From the human T2T-CHM13v2.0 reference genome, Homo sapiens, in the NCBI RefSeq assembly GCF_009914755.1, contig NC_060926.1: a DNA stretch of 64,000 nt; one strand, 5' to 3'. The notes beneath the pieces were generated by a model. That model searched no databases. It worked only from the letters and a program-made list of their open reading frames with translations, and was not told the origin of the DNA. Each line of letters opens with the position of its first letter. Position 1 is the first letter of the stretch. Below, piece after piece: positions 27,476 to 41,401 of the stretch. Position numbers and translations under genes: made by a program.

Positions 27476-28202
27476 ACACATGGCCTAATATATATATATC
27501 CCTCCCAGGGACACACACACATATATAATCTACCAGTCTGGGGAGATTTAACAGTCTTTAGCAAAGATTTTCCTTTCAGCAAATTATGTGTGATTTCAAT
27601 TTGCTGTTTGTCTTAGGAATTTGAAGATTGTTTTGCTGAGACACACATATAGCTTTTAGCTCTCTATTTTGTTTGTGTTCTAGTCATATTTAAAGATGGT
27701 GTGGATTGTTTACCTTTATGTTTTGGTAAAAATTTATGTGCTATCAACAAGTTTAAACATTCACAATAGAAACTTAAATGTCTTCATCTCCAAGGCACTG
27801 AACATTGTCATATTAAAAGCTTAAATATATTTACTGTTATATTTATTGTTACAATAGTTTTAACTATTGGCGGCAAGATCAATAGTTGCAACTTATATTT
27901 TTGCTGATGCTTAAAAGTGTTTTAAAAGTTGATCTGCCTTACAATTTATTTTTATTTAACTCCAAGTGTTAACTCTAGATTGTTCTGAAACTTATATGGA
28001 CTTTTGAAAATAGCCAGATTTTATGTGTTGTGGGGACCCATTTCCAAAATCTTTAAAGACTTTCAATAGCTTACAACCTGTGTTCATATATTCTAAATCC
28101 AGCTAGTCTTCTATAAAAAGTTGAATGGGAGCTTTTTTCTCCCGTAAAGTAATTTCATTTGTCGGGATTGTTCAGGATTGCTGTGTTAGTTCCCAAAACC
28201 TC

Positions 28203-28280
28203 CAGCAGTGATGCCGCAGCCCCGACACAGCAGTGACGCCGCAGCCCCGACACAGCAGTAATGCCGCAGCCCCGACACAG
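28203..28280. repeat. 25-bp tandem repeat x3
   Basis: CAGCAGTGATGCCGCAGCCCCGACA units at 28203, 28228 and 28253. Confidence 0.95.
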
Positions 28281-28586
28281 GTTGAAATTTCTTTTTTAAG
28301 CACACTCAAGTGGCTTAAGATCTCAAGCACTTGAAAATGCTGGAAGGCTTTTAGGAATGTTTCTGTAACTTTAAAATGTATCAATCCCCTTTTGTTTCTC
28401 TTTTAATAGGACAGTTAAAATTGGTGCATGTTTGTGGGAAAGAGATTCTTAAAATGGGAAAGTCTTTTTGTCTTCTAAGAGCCAGCCTGGGGAGCAGGTT
28501 TGAATGCTGTTGCATGTATTCCTGCTCTGGTCAGCCTACCACGTGCTCACTAACAAAAACTTGCAGATAATTAACTTTCTTTTGAG

Positions 28587-28762
28587 TTGCAAAAACACTA
28601 AGAACCATGGACACAATATTTCTCCTCAACGCGCCTCATTTGCTGTTTTCTTCAATTTAACGAACGTCTCTACATAGTGCCTGTATCTGAAAGCACTGCT
28701 GTGTCACTTTACTGATTTCATCGAAATCATACAGATTCCACTCTGCACCGAGGAGTTGGTGG
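28587..28762 (+). pseudogene. Exon (G)CKNTKNHGHNISPQRASFAVFFNLTNVST*CLYLKALLCHFTDFIEIIQIPLCTEELV(G)
   Basis: ttaactttcttttgag acceptor (phase 2, fits the previous exon), donor GTGG|gtaaga (phase 1), one stop at 28675. T*CLYLKALLCH compares with CPED1 TELQLHQHILTQH. Confidence 0.6.
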
Positions 28763-28874
28763 GTAAGAAACCAACTTGCACCTTTGGGTTTATACTTGAG
28801 CCTGCATTTGCAATAGTTAGCACATTTTATGAGTCATTTTCTCTTTCATCAAACCTTTTATTTTTCATGGAAAG

Positions 28875-28951
28875 GCAGTTCAAAATATGGGAAATCTTAT
28901 TACCACATTAGCCTCTTACAAGATGACCATTGGAAAGATTTCCCACAGAAA
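28875..28951 (+). pseudogene. Exon (G)SSKYGKSYYHISLLQDDHWKDFPQK
   Basis: Open frame, phase 1 to 0, donor AAA|gtgagg. Ends in QK like the CPED1 HQK / TTL QKVNH segment. Confidence 0.6.
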
Positions 28952-30674
28952 GTGAGGCTGCAGAGTGCCTGGTTTTCCAACACGATTATGTCTAGAATCT
29001 GTTACCTTCCTCCTTTCAGTTGCCTGATATGTTTGCTAGGTGCTTTCAATTCAATTATTATCAGATAATTATTTCAATCAGATATTATTTCAATTCAATT
29101 ATCAACATATAATTTTCAATTATCTGTTAATTGAATGAATAGAAATGGAATAAGATGTAAAGCTATGTTGGTAAAAATTAAACTTTTAACTAATTATTTC
29201 ATAAATTATTTCAATATTTTAGTGCCCACCAGCAGGCCATGTATGAAAAATGTAATTGTATTTTCAGGAATTAACTTGATGGCTAAATTAGAGAAGGTTG
29301 GTGAAAGTCACCTATAAACTTTTTTTCTTGTAATTTTGTATTCAGAACAATGAATGGTTTATTTTTACTGGTTGTTCACTTTTTGAAACTATAATTTGAA
29401 TCAATGATCTGATTGATGTGTGCCTCTGTAGTGCCCCTTGGAGTATTTTGTTTGTCCCTCAAAAGAAGAAAATGATGAGCAAGACATATAAAATAGCTCT
29501 GTGTTCACAGAATTCATATTCTAGAAGGAGAGAGAAAAGGTAGGTGGGTCTTAGGAACAGTGCAGTCCAGTTCCCTCTTGGCTTAGTTCTCAATGGGATT
29601 AAATAATCAGTCTCACTCTAGTTTATCAGAAAAGGGAGACTCCTCCCTGGAGGAAGATATCATTGTCTTAAATACAATGCCTTGCATTCAATAAAAGATT
29701 ATTAGGTATGATGAGACACAGGAATACATAACTGAAAATCAAGAGACTAAACAGACAAGAGAAACACAGGTGAGGCAGCAATCACACAGGTGTACAGATG
29801 TTAGCAAAAAGAATTTTAAAATGACAATAATATGTTCAGGAAGATAGAAGACTTTCACTGAAGAAGGAGGATCTGCAAAAAAGGATCAAAAGAAATTTTA
29901 GAACAGACACATATGATATCTGAATAATTATAAATGGAGGTGACAACATGCCAAACACAGAAGAAAACAAGATTAGTAAACTGGTGAACAGATCAATAGA
30001 AAATATCCAAACTGAACACAGAAAGAGAAAAGAAAAACAGAAAATACCCAAGTGAATATAAGGTACGTGTGGACATCGTGAAAAGGCTTAATATAGATAA
30101 AATTGGAGCCCCAGAAGGAGAGAAGAGAGAAAATGTGGCAGAAGAACAAATAAAACTTTGGGAGAAATTATCCTATGAATGTAGCAGGGAGATGGGGCAG
30201 CAGCTGGACCAAGATATGGGATCTCAGGATAGGGTTTTCAATTTCCCTTTGCTTCCTCTTTCATCTTCTTTCTGTCTTCTCTCAATGATTGATACTAGAA
30301 CATGTTGTAGGCAATTATTAGAATGATATGCCACAGAAAGAGTGAGATTTTCTATTCTTAAGAAAGCCACAGGGACAGGATATAAGAAAATGTGGAGGGA
30401 GGGCTGTATGGACACTTGGTACTACTGCTGTTTGAACAGGACAGAATGAGATCTTGATACTGATGCAGGCACAATCATAAGTTAGATGGTGGTAATCTCT
30501 CTGGTTGCTTTCACATTTTCAAATGAAGCATACAGTCATGTCAGCAATTGAGAGTGAAGAGAGGATGTAACAAATTTTAAGAGAGAGCAAATGGCATGCA
30601 ATAAAAGGTTAAGTAAACTTATAAGAAAAATGGACAATGATGAGTGCCAATTTAAAAGTTATAGCTTGAGATTT

Positions 30675-31219
30675 TGTTATTGGAAAGTGATCCTGATCCA
30701 GACCCCAACAGAGAGTTTTTGGATCTTGCACAAGAAAGAATTCAGGACCAGTCCACAGTGCAAAGTGAAAGTAAGTTTACTAAGAAAGTAAAGGAATAAA
30801 AGAATGGCTACTCATAGCCCTTGGGGCTGCTGATTGCCCATTTTTATTGTTATTTCTTGATTATATGCTATTAACAAGGGGTGGATTATTCATGCCTCCC
30901 CTTTTTAGACCATATAGGCTAACTTCTTGATGTTGCCATGGCATTTGTAAACTATCATGGTGCTGGTGGGAGTGTAGCAATGAGGACGATCAGAGGTCAC
31001 TCTCGTTGCCATCTTGGTTTTGGTGGGTTTTGGCCAGCTTCTTTACTGAAACCTGTTTTATCAGCAAGGTCTTTATGACCTGTATCTTGTGCCAACCTCT
31101 GATCTCATCCTGTAACTTAGAATGCCTAACCATCTGGGAATGCTGCCCAGTAGGTCTCAGCCTCATTTTACTCAACCCCTATTCAAGATGGAGTTGCTCT
31201 TGTTTGAATGCCTCTGACA
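30675..31219 (-). mobile_element. MER41A solo LTR (ERV1)
   Basis: Minus strand TGTCAGAGGCATTCAAACAAGAGCAACTCCATCTTGAATAGGGG...; 4-bp TSD ATTT. Confidence 0.92.
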
Positions 31220-32489
31220 ATTTGAAAAGAAAAAATGGAAGGGAAAATAAGGATGATAAATTCATCAAGTTGGAAACTGAGAGAGCATTCTTTGAGACAA
31301 AGTTGGCAATCTTAGAGGACAGCTTAGGGAGGCATGAAAGAGAGTATGTGATATTTTCAGATTTCAGGAAATATTTTAATAATGAAGGCTAGGGTTGATA
31401 GTTATAAAATTGCTTTTAAAATATAAGACTAGGAAAAAGATTGTAAGTTGCTAATATCAGGAAAAATGATGGGGCCTAATGAAGTACAACATGAAGAGAA
31501 AGAAAGTTTAAGGGGATAATATGGATTACTTCTTTAAAGGGATTCTTGAGTGAAGAGCCTCTGGGAGGACACTCCTTGAAGCCACTGGCATGGAGTCAGT
31601 AGTAAGTACTGTTGGACATCATCTTTTAAAGACTTAGGATTATATCAAGTTAGATTTGAGAGGACCGAGACACTAAGAATAGAGTACTTCAAGTATTATT
31701 CCATGAATTGAAGATGATACAATATTTTAGGCAGGGCATCAGATTTAGCATTTGCCCTTGGAAAATATGCATGGATAGTTTATAGACTTAGGGTTCTAAG
31801 GAAAGGTACAGACAGCAAGAGAGCTACTGAAAGAGAGGCAGGCAGGATAATGATAGGTTAAGTCTCACCTGGGGTAAAGGGAGGCTTGGTGAGCAAATAT
31901 TTCCTGGTGGAATTATACAACATCAGAGTTGAAAAGACACAAAGTGTGTTTGAATAATAGATGCCTTGGCAGCATGAAAACTCATCAATTTTACATGTCT
32001 TACTGTGGGAGATCCCATAAGGCAAAAACTATAGAAGAATGTCAAAAAACAAATATCTGTGTCAGAAAAAAAAGGGAACCAAAGAAGGCACCCTGATCTG
32101 ACAGTGTCAGAACCTACTTGGAGCACACAAGAGAAAGTGAGAAAGTAAGTAAAGAGGGGTATTTGAAATGTCTGCTGAGCCTTCCAAGCTGAGCAGCAGA
32201 AACCAGAAAGAAAAGAAACAATAGAAATATATTTCCCTTTTACAGAAAAAAGTATGGGCAAAGAAACTATTTTTGCTACCATAAAAGTGGCAGAGGAAGG
32301 CTGGGAAAAATCAGAAGCCTTCTTCCAAAGTTCTGGGAGGAGTATATGTTGTCCAAGGATTGCTGTTTGGGAGTTCTTTTTTTTCAGATATTTCTTATTT
32401 TCATGCTCATGGTGACTGTTTTTGTGACCGCTGTCCCAGTGGTGATTCTCTTTGTGCTTCTGGTTTTACTATAGTGTTTAGTAATGGGT

Positions 32490-33530
32490 GTGAATCTTAG
32501 TGAGATTCCCTTGTTTGTGAGGAGTTACTTCCTTCTTGTTGTTTTTGAGATTCTCACTTTGTGTTTTGATAGTTTGATGATGATGTGTCTGGGTACAGAT
32601 CCCTTTGAGTTGTTTATTCTACTTAGAGTTTGTTGAGCTTAGTATTAAGCTAATGATTGAACAGAGATTTCCTGAAATGTTTTGATTCAATGTCTCTAGT
32701 CTATTCTGAGGGGGTTCCATATGTGTGTTGGGGCACACCTTCAATATTCCAGCAGTGAGTTTACAACTCTGCCTTAGCCTTCACTTCCTGCTTGTGCAGA
32801 GCCTCAAGGTCAGCTAGAGGTGAGGGTTTAGGGCCTTCTCAGGTCTTTCCTGGGCATGCATACAGCTATGCACAGGTACATGCCCATCTCGATTCTCAAA
32901 GATATGTCAGAATTTTGCAAAGCCCCCTGTAAACACCTTACTTCCTTGTTTTTCCTTAGTACTAAAAAGTTTTTTTGGTCAGACTCTTATTAGCTCCAAC
33001 TGGTATTATCTTGTCAGGTAGCTGTGATGTTTAAACAATTGCCACTAATTGTTTTTGACAAATGTCCCAGGGATAGGGCCGTTCATACAGAGAGAACTCT
33101 GAGGTCAAATAAAAACAAGCCCTGAGAGTGGAGCTTTCATAACACTGCCAGACAGGTCAAATAGTGACAGTTTTCTGAGTATGAGTGCTTGGGGAACTCC
33201 AAACCCACTCTTCTTTCCCCAGGGGGTGCCGAGCTTCAGTTTTCACAGCTACTGTATTTATAAGGCTACCAGTTTTCAAGGCTACCCTTGAGCTGGAGAG
33301 AGAGAGATTGGAACAGGGAAGTTAAAATGTCACAGAACTTGCTGTTATTACTGACATTCAGTTATTTTTCTCAAGTAAATTCTCCTTGGATAGCTGTAAC
33401 CTTTCGATTAACTTCTAGAGTTCCAAAAAAGGTGATTTGGGCCCTTTTATCTGGTATTCTCCTTACTTTTATGCAGGAGTGGGCTTTGGGTGGTCATTAC
33501 TCTGCTGTTTCAGAAGTGCTTCCCCATGAA
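32490..33530 (-). mobile_element. Old L1M 5' region fragment
   Basis: TTTACAACTCTGCCTTAGCCTTCACTTCCTGCTTGTGCAGAGCCTCAAGGTCAG...GGGCCTTCTCAGGTCTTTCCTGGGCATG. Confidence 0.7.
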
Positions 33531-34027
33531 ATTACATGACAAATGGTGGGAATGCAGGTTTCCTTGGTGATGTACCTGCCACATATTTTTAATTCTGTTC
33601 TCTCTTGGTTCATAGAAGTACAAGAAGTAGATTGGCAGGTCGGCTGCCCAGACAGCAATTTCACTGGGGATGACACATCAGGTACTCTCTCCCACAGACC
33701 CACAATCTCTGTGACTGATATACATGACAGCCTCCTTCCCCTCACATTGGGTAGGTATTTTCTCCCCCTGCTTATGGGAAAGAGGGAAGGGAAAGTTGAA
33801 GCACTCTCCACCGAGCCAGTGATTAGGATGACTATATAACTTATCACTGGAACCAGGATACTTTTGATAGTGAGAAGGGGATACTGAAAATAATTTATGT
33901 ATGTGTGTGAAAAGTGAGAGAGAGAAAAGGAGAGAGGGAAAGGGGAACAGGGAAAGAGATTTCTTGACCACCAAATCAATTGTATAACATTGGTGCCTCT
34001 GAAGATAGTTTTTTTTAAAACTACAAG

Positions 34028-34343
<316 letters not shown>

Positions 34344-35540
34344 TAAAGTAAGTACAAAATATCTATGTTCATTAAGGCAAAACAAATAGACATTTTAAAT
34401 ATGGGTTATCTAAATTTTAAAAAAGCAAAATAGCTATTCTGTATACATACTCGTGTTTATTATATTCTTAAAATTATCTTTATTTAACACTGCATCTCTG
34501 GTATTCTTCCCAAAGACATATGCTTTAATATAGTCTAATTATTTTTAATTTTTTATGAAATTTCCTGAAATCTTCTTCAAAGTAGGATTTTGTGATGAGT
34601 AAATTTGAAAATGTTTCACATCTCCCATGGACTCTCCTCTCTATGCTCTACTATTAGATTTTTAATTTGAGGAAGTACTGTCTCTGGAAGTGCCGAGGGG
34701 CCTGGTAAGCTCAGAGCAAATTTTGCTAAATGTATGAAACTCTCAATACTATTTTAAAAATATTGAAATTGTAAATATTTTAGGCAAATATTTTTGTAGA
34801 TACTGTCTTTGCATATCCATTTAAGATGTCATTTATTGACAAATGTTTTTACAAGACAAAATTAAAGAAGTTGTTTCTATTGATATTCTTTTAATTTTCT
34901 ATTAAATTTATATGCTGCAAAATCATAGAGCCTCTTAGTTTTATCCGATTGTGGTACAAAACGTGAACTTATTCAATTAAAAATAGGTGCTCTATCAGAA
35001 AATTCTACAAGTTGAAATATTTCCAGGCAAGATCATGGAAGTTCAAAATCCACTTGCGCTCTCCTCATTCTATGGATATGTTGAATGCCTCACTTGCTTT
35101 TGAAAGAACAAATTTCAATGAACTCCTATTTTCAAACTTTCTTTCCTATAATTACAAATTACCAAAACTTCAACAGTTGGAGGTTTTGTTTAATTGTTTA
35201 ATAATTTGATCAAAACCTAACTGATTTTGAACAAAATGCAACCAAAATTTGGAAAACTTTAAAAAAATTTAATCCGTTGTAAAATCCTTATTTTGATTTA
35301 CAGTGTTTCTTCAAAGCGCAAACATTTTTACAATGGGACAGACAACAGGAAGCCAAGAGAGAAAAGAGCCTATTGTCATGCTGAAGTTGTTTTTTGTTTA
35401 AAAATTACCAAAACATTTTGTAGTTCATGTGCTCTTTGCTATATAAAAAATATCAGTTTTGACAATGACAGTTTCTATTCTGGCTGTTAGAAAAATACAT
35501 GCATATCACAACCAACTCCAAGTATGTTTCTTTTCTGTAG

Positions 35541-35650
35541 GTTTTTTAATTTGGTAAAAATATTATTAAACCACAGCACAGGGCTCCACTTAAATGTGGC
35601 TTCCTAAGATCCCTACAAAAACATACAGTTTGGTCTTCACTGAATTTACC
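35541..35650 (+). pseudogene. Exon VF*FGKNIIKPQHRAPLKCGFLRSLQKHTVWSSLNL(P)
   Basis: Strong acceptor tttcttttctgtag and donor CC|gtatgt, phase 0 to 2. KCG...LNLP compares with CPED1 KEG...LQLP. Confidence 0.65.
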
Positions 35651-37423
35651 GTATGTCTTAACTGAACTTACTATATCATTCACAGTCATATCAGGTACTT
35701 ACATCTTCAACTGAACCAAGTTCTAAAAACATTCATTTTATTCCGTGAGTTGAATGAAAAATAAACCACTATTGGAATTAAGTTGATTTTCTGTTTGAAG
35801 TGTGTAGTGACACTGATCCAAAACTGGCACACTCAACTCTTTCCATATTCTTCTTCTGGAGCTGGGGCACCAGCAGCTGTGGCTTCACATTCTGAACTTG
35901 TGCAGGAAAGCTCAGAAGGAGCAAAGTTAACTTAGAAAAACCATCGTTTGATGGTTGAGATGCAAAGGGAGAAGATGTCATAATGTGGCCAGTTTCCATG
36001 GGGTATCAAGTGCCCCTGCAGGGTGGAGCTTTAGGGCTGGGACACCTCATGGCTCCCTGGACAGCCTACACAGGCTACTGTCTTTGGGCTACTATCTCAC
36101 CTTTGCTCCGTGGGCTGGGTCTGGAGCAGAGGCTTCTAAGCACAGCATCTGGCCAACGAAGCCAGCACCACAGGCAGGCACTTGGCTGGGCCTTCCAGAC
36201 TATGGGGGCAGTAACGATGCCCTGTGTGTGTGTCATGCAGACTTCCCACTTTGGTAGGAACACGAGCTATTCCAAGCCCCATGTGTGCTTTGAGAACCCA
36301 CCTGCCCGCTTCTTCATGGTGGCTGGCCTTTCCTGGGCGTGGTTATTTCTCGTGGATGTGCAGATCCACAAACAGCTCTGCAGAGCCTGCTCCTGAGACA
36401 GCTGCCTCCTCCCTGCTATTCTGCCCTGAAAATTTCTGCTCCCATCACCTCCCTGACCCTCTGTCTTCTGCCTTTGCTGCTCACCAAGATGTCTGGGGTC
36501 TGTTTGGGTGTTCCCTCCCTGCCCTTTGGCCTGGAACCTCCTCCAGGTGGCCGATGGGCAATCCTCGGTTCTCTTTTTGTTTCCTTCGCTTAGGGAGTGT
36601 GGTCCTGCAAAGCCAACTGTCTGAAAATCTTATATTTTTGTCTGGTTTTCTAGTTATTTAAGCAAAGAGAGTAAATCCAGTCCCTGTGACTCCATCTTTC
36701 CCTGAAACGGATGTCTTAGGTTTTGCCTTTTGATAGGTAGTTTTAAAGAGCTTGATTTCTTGGCAAGATATCTCTGTCCAAAAGATAGAACATTCTCTTA
36801 TCTTTTTGCCCTTTTGATAAGGGGATTTGGAGGATAATAGATAAGTAGAGTAAGAAATACTTGAGAAGTAGGTGGAGAGATTCTGCCAAGTAAAGATAAA
36901 CAATTATAGAATATGTAATTATTTTTCTTTCTGGGGTGATTTGAGTCAGTTTTTTTTTCTTCCCTGAGAAACTGAGATGAAGGCATCAGAGGGGAGGATG
37001 CCTCTCCCCAGTTAATCCACCCTCGCTGGAACCTGTCCAGCCACTCTGCAGAGGCACAACATGAGTGGGCACGAATGCAGTCGAATTCAGGGCAATCACT
37101 CTGCAGCAGACACGTGGGACACAGAGCCCTGGGTAGAGATTTATCTCTTCACTGAGCTCTGTTCACACCAGAGTGCACACACCTGCACACACACCTGTAT
37201 GCACACCTGTACACAATGTAAACCCTTGGCATGTGAGTCTTTATGAAAAGGCATCATGCATCCTCATTAAACATAATTGCCTTGACTCAGGATGAATACT
37301 AAAAAGACAAATTAATGTTTTATGGCGTGTTTCAGGGCTTTGGTCTGCTGTTTTTCAGCTGGTCTTTTTCTGGCTCTGCCCTGCCAGCTAGTTCTTCTCA
37401 ACACCTGCATGATGCTTGTCTAG

Positions 37424-37533
37424 ATAGTCCCTCTGCCTGGCTGTAATTAGCTACTTTCAAGTCAATATGGAATAGAGACAAGATAACAAAATTTGTTATA
37501 TGGATCTGCAAATCAAGAGTGCTGAAGACCAGG
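37424..37533 (+). pseudogene. Exon (P)*SLCL/[frameshift]*LATFKSIWNRDKITKFVIWICKSRVLKTR
   Basis: cttgtctag acceptor, AGG|gtaaat donor. SLCL compares with CPED1 SVCL; WICKS (37501) matches the TTL-family WIxKP ATP-binding lysine motif. Confidence 0.65.
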
Positions 37534-38191
37534 GTAAATGCAGAGACTGGGTGGTGCAAGCAGGGGAAGTTCTCATTTGTGTAAAACATAGATTTTGTGT
37601 CCACTGTTGCAGCTGCTGTGGGGCGTGCCTGGTGCATCTTGGATGAATCGTAGTAGAGGAGGAAGTTGTATGTCTTCTGTATGTGCGAAATAGGCAGCTG
37701 GCTTTATTTGGTTTCCTGGCCATTTCCTGCTGCCTTTCTGGGGCCGTCCATAGGTGTGTCGTGTCTTTTCATGACATACCAGTAATGGCTGAATAGATTC
37801 AGAAACGGTTGGGCACAAGTTGTATTTGGAGATGTCAAATACCAGTTGTATTTGGAGATGGTAAATTTATCACTAAGATGATGGTTGACTTTAAGTGGTC
37901 TCTGTGCTTATCATTCAAAAGGTGAATCTAGAAAAATTAACACCTGGTGACTCTGCTAAACAATTGAGAAGAAAGTGCAGAGGAAGCCCAGCTGTAAGTG
38001 CACATCATGGATTTAGCTCATCCCTTGTTTGCCCCATAATAAGCGTTTCCCATTTTAAATGCTTGCATAAAATACTTAACAAAAAATATGAGGCTGGAAT
38101 AGGAACTTGGGGGTTGAGAATTGTCTTCCCAGATAACTTTTAAAAGCAATTTTAGATACGGTTTGACTCTGGCATCATTTACCAGTAATAT

Positions 38192-38874
38192 CGTGTCTGG
38201 AATTTATTCCTTCCAGTGGGTTCTTGGTCTTGCTGACTTCAAGAATGAAGCCGAGTACCCTCGTGGTGAGTGTAACAGTTCTTAAAGATGGTGTGTCTGG
38301 AGTTTGTTCCTTCAGATGTTCAGATGTGTCTGGAGTTTCTTCCTTCCGGTGGGTTCGTGGTCTCACTGACTTCAGGAGTGAGGCCGTGGACCTTTGCACT
38401 GAGCTTTACAACTCTTAAAGGTGGTGCGGACGGAGTTGTCTCCCAGTGGGTTTGTGGTCTCGCTGACTTCAGGAATGAAGCTGCAGACCCTGCTGGTGTG
38501 TGGACCCAAAGAGTGAGCAGCAGCAAGATTTATTGTGAAGAGGGAAAGAACTAAGCTTCCACCCCCTGGACAGGGACCCAAGACAGTTGTGCTGCTGGCT
38601 CCCCCATGGCCAGCTTTTATTCCCTTATTTTGCCCCACCCACATCCTGCTGATTGGTCCATTTTACAGAGTGCCAGTTGGTCCCTTTTACAGAGTGCTGA
38701 TTGGTCCATTTTACAGAGTGCTGATTGGTGTGATTTTACAGAGTGCTGATTGGTGCATTTACAATCCTTTAGCTAGACACAGAGCACTGATTGGTGCATT
38801 TACAATCCTCTAGCTAGACAGAAAAGTTCTCCAAGTCCCCACCTGACCCAGAAACCAGCTGGCTTCACCTGTCA
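38192..38874 (-). mobile_element. LTR12 (ERV9) solo LTR
   Basis: GCTGACTTCAAGAATGAAGCC repeats and a GCTGATTGGT(C/G)CATTT(T)ACA array; minus strand starts TGACAGGTGAAGCCAGCTGG. Confidence 0.93.
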
Positions 38875-39101
38875 CTATCAACACACATTAACTTAAAAGT
38901 TTATGCCTCATATTTTTAGGTAGGAAAACAAGTTTACATACTGATTAAGGTGATCCCTGCTCTGAAAATTGAGAAAAAAAGGACATATAGGAAATACTCA
39001 AAATTTTAAAAAATTGACAATTTTTTTTCTTGTTTCTCATGGTGACATATTTTGACCTATTTCTGATGTTCTGCATAGTAGGCAAATTCCTGATGGCTGT
39101 G

Positions 39102-39463
39102 TATATTAGTCTGTTCTCACGCTGCCAATAAAGACATACCCGAGACTGGTTAATTTATAAAGAAAAAGAGGTTTAATGCACTGACAGTTCCACATGGCTG
39201 GGGAGGCCTCACAATCATGGCAGAAGACAAAGGAGGAAAGAGGCATGTCTTACATGGTGGCAGGCAAGAGAGGGCTTGTGCAGGGGAATTCGCATTTATA
39301 CAACCATCATATCTCATGAGACTTACTACCACAAGAACAGTACAGGAAAGACCTGCCCCCATGATTCAGTTACCTCCCACCGGTTCCCTCCCACGACACG
39401 TGGGAATTATGGGAGCTACAGTTCAAGATGAGATTTGGGTGGGGACACAGCCAAACCATATCA
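39102..39463 (-). mobile_element. THE1C/D solo LTR
   Basis: TATATTAGTCTGTTCTCACGCTG...CCAAACCATATCA; TSD CTGTG. Confidence 0.93.
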
Positions 39464-39862
39464 CTGTGGTAGAAAGGCCAGGGAACTCCAGCTCTGCCCC
39501 AGATCTGCAGAGGAGCTCCCTGTAAGGCACAGCTCCTGGATGTCATGACATCTCCCTTAAACATTTTTTTAAATTAAACCAATGAAAACATAGAATTTCT
39601 CACAAAATGCTTATTTTTGGTATGTTTTCACTTTTTCATATCTTTAAACCTCAAAAAATAGTTTATACTTTTAATGATAATATTAAAGTTTCAATACAGA
39701 GGTTGGGGTTGGTGGAAGACATGAGTCAATGAAAGCATGGAAAACTGACTTTGTATTTATCCTATCAACAACCTAGTTTGTTAACCAAAAGTCACTGAGG
39801 CTACTCATTGTCCTTTTACAAACTTCCCTGTGATAATTCCTTTTATATATTTTTTAAATGAG

Positions 39863-39952
39863 TTCTGAAGTTATTTCAAAATAGTTATATCATTGCTTCA
39901 CTCCTTTCCATATGTTTCTACCCACCAAAAATATTCTGGCAAAAAACAAAAA
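39863..39952 (+). pseudogene. Possible 90-nt phase 0-0 exon, F*SYFKIVISLLHSFPYVSTHQKYSGKKQK
   Basis: Phase fits both neighbours and the donor is gtaagt. However, the acceptor is GAG and the donor may be supplied by the adjacent MER63. Confidence 0.3.
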
Positions 39953-40144
39953 GTAAGTGTTTAACAACCAGCTTTTGAGGGTGGGGTGGGAAGCCCTGCT
40001 AAAACATTTGTCTGCCTCCGTGGTTTAAACATCTCACCCACGTGGACACCCAGCTACCAAGGTGACATCACTGACCACACTGTTGGGAAGAGCTGTGTGC
40101 AATTGGCTCTGAGGTCCCATAGAGCAGGCTCCAGCTCATCATTG
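39953..40144 (-). mobile_element. MER63A-like hAT element
   Basis: TGTTTAACAACCAGC...GCTACCAAGGTGACATCACTGA...GTTGGGAAGAG...GGCTCCAGCTCATCATTG. Confidence 0.7.
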
Positions 40145-40540
40145 CATAGATGAAAAATACAGCTTCTTGTATTTATTTCCCCAAAGGTCCATGTATTTCA
40201 AGATACAGTTTTTAAATATCTTGAATGTGGGGCAAACTCAACATTTCGGATTAAAGGCTGTGTATCTTGAAACAGTTGATCTCAAACTATCTTTTTACTG
40301 TGAGTACTCATATTTCTATGGTAAAGAGAGATCTTATACAAAATAATGAAGAGTCCTACAGATTGTAGACAGTCAAGACTTTAGAGTTCTCATTCATATT
40401 TTACCACAATTAGCTTAGCAGTCAATGAGAAATAGTAATCAGATGTCTAAACTGTTTCTGGTCTCATCTGTGTATATTGAAATTTAAAAAAATGGCATAA
40501 TATCTACATATCATAATTAATCTTTTACTATGTTTTCTAG

Positions 40541-40652
40541 GATCCTAATGAGTTTATAGGAGAATTGTTAATTCAAGAAATAATTTTCTAAGACTTGCTA
40601 TATTTTGGATGCAGAAAAAAATAAGTATTTTGTATGCATCATATATAAGTGG
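40541..40652 (+). pseudogene. Exon DPNEFIGELLIQEII/[frameshift]SKTCYILDAEKNKYF
   Basis: Acceptor cttttactatgttttctag; donor at 40632 (gtatgc) or 40653 (gtaagg). LLIQEIISK..ILD resembles the TTL VQEYIxxPxLIDGxKF motif. Confidence 0.6.
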
Positions 40653-40749
40653 GTAAGGTTGTCTAGGAGTTTGTTTTTAATGAATGAAATATGCACATAT
40701 AAGCTGTAATTTTTACATGATTACCTAGAAGCTTAGCTATGATTTCCTT

Positions 40750-40882
40750 TTCTTTGACATCTACAATACTGCATTTTTATTGAGTGACCACTCTGCTCTC
40801 AGCATCCGATGAGGTGCTGTGGAATACGTTGGTTTGTATAAGACACAGATTTGACGAGCAGGAATTTGTGGAACATAAGACA
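40750..40882 (+). pseudogene. Heavily frameshifted block possibly equivalent to YVLVTSxxPLR
   Basis: Fragments AFLL / VTT / HPMR / YVGL / RHRFDEQEF in shifting frames, in the expected order. Confidence 0.3.
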
Positions 40883-41071
40883 GTGGAAAAAAATTTGGTT
40901 CTTGTAGCATTGTGGTGGATATCAGTTGTCGTATTAGGGTTTTTCAGAGAAATAAAACCATATATAAATATATATACACATATACACACACATACATATG
41001 AATATAAATGTATATATAAACATACATATATATATATAGGTTGCATATATATAGGTTTATATATATGCATG

Positions 41072-41135
<64 letters not shown>

Positions 41136-41328
41136 TAAGAGAGTGGAAAAAATTTGGTTCTTGTAGCATTGTGGTGGATACCAGTTGTCGTATTAGGGTT
41201 TTTCAGAGAAATAAAACACATATATAAATATATATACACATATACACACACATACATATGAATATAAATGTATATATAAACATACGTATATATATATAGG
41301 TTGCATATATATAGGTTTATATATATGC

Positions 41329-41401
<73 letters not shown>

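Noticed and set aside
23521-28280. Tandem repeats as CRISPR-like arrays
   Set aside because: Head-to-tail units without unique spacers, in eukaryotic DNA with no cas genes.
30675-31219. MER41 as an interferon-inducible STAT1 enhancer
   Set aside because: This copy is the shorter MER41A type and I see no tandem GAS (TTCnnnGAA) motifs of the MER41B kind.
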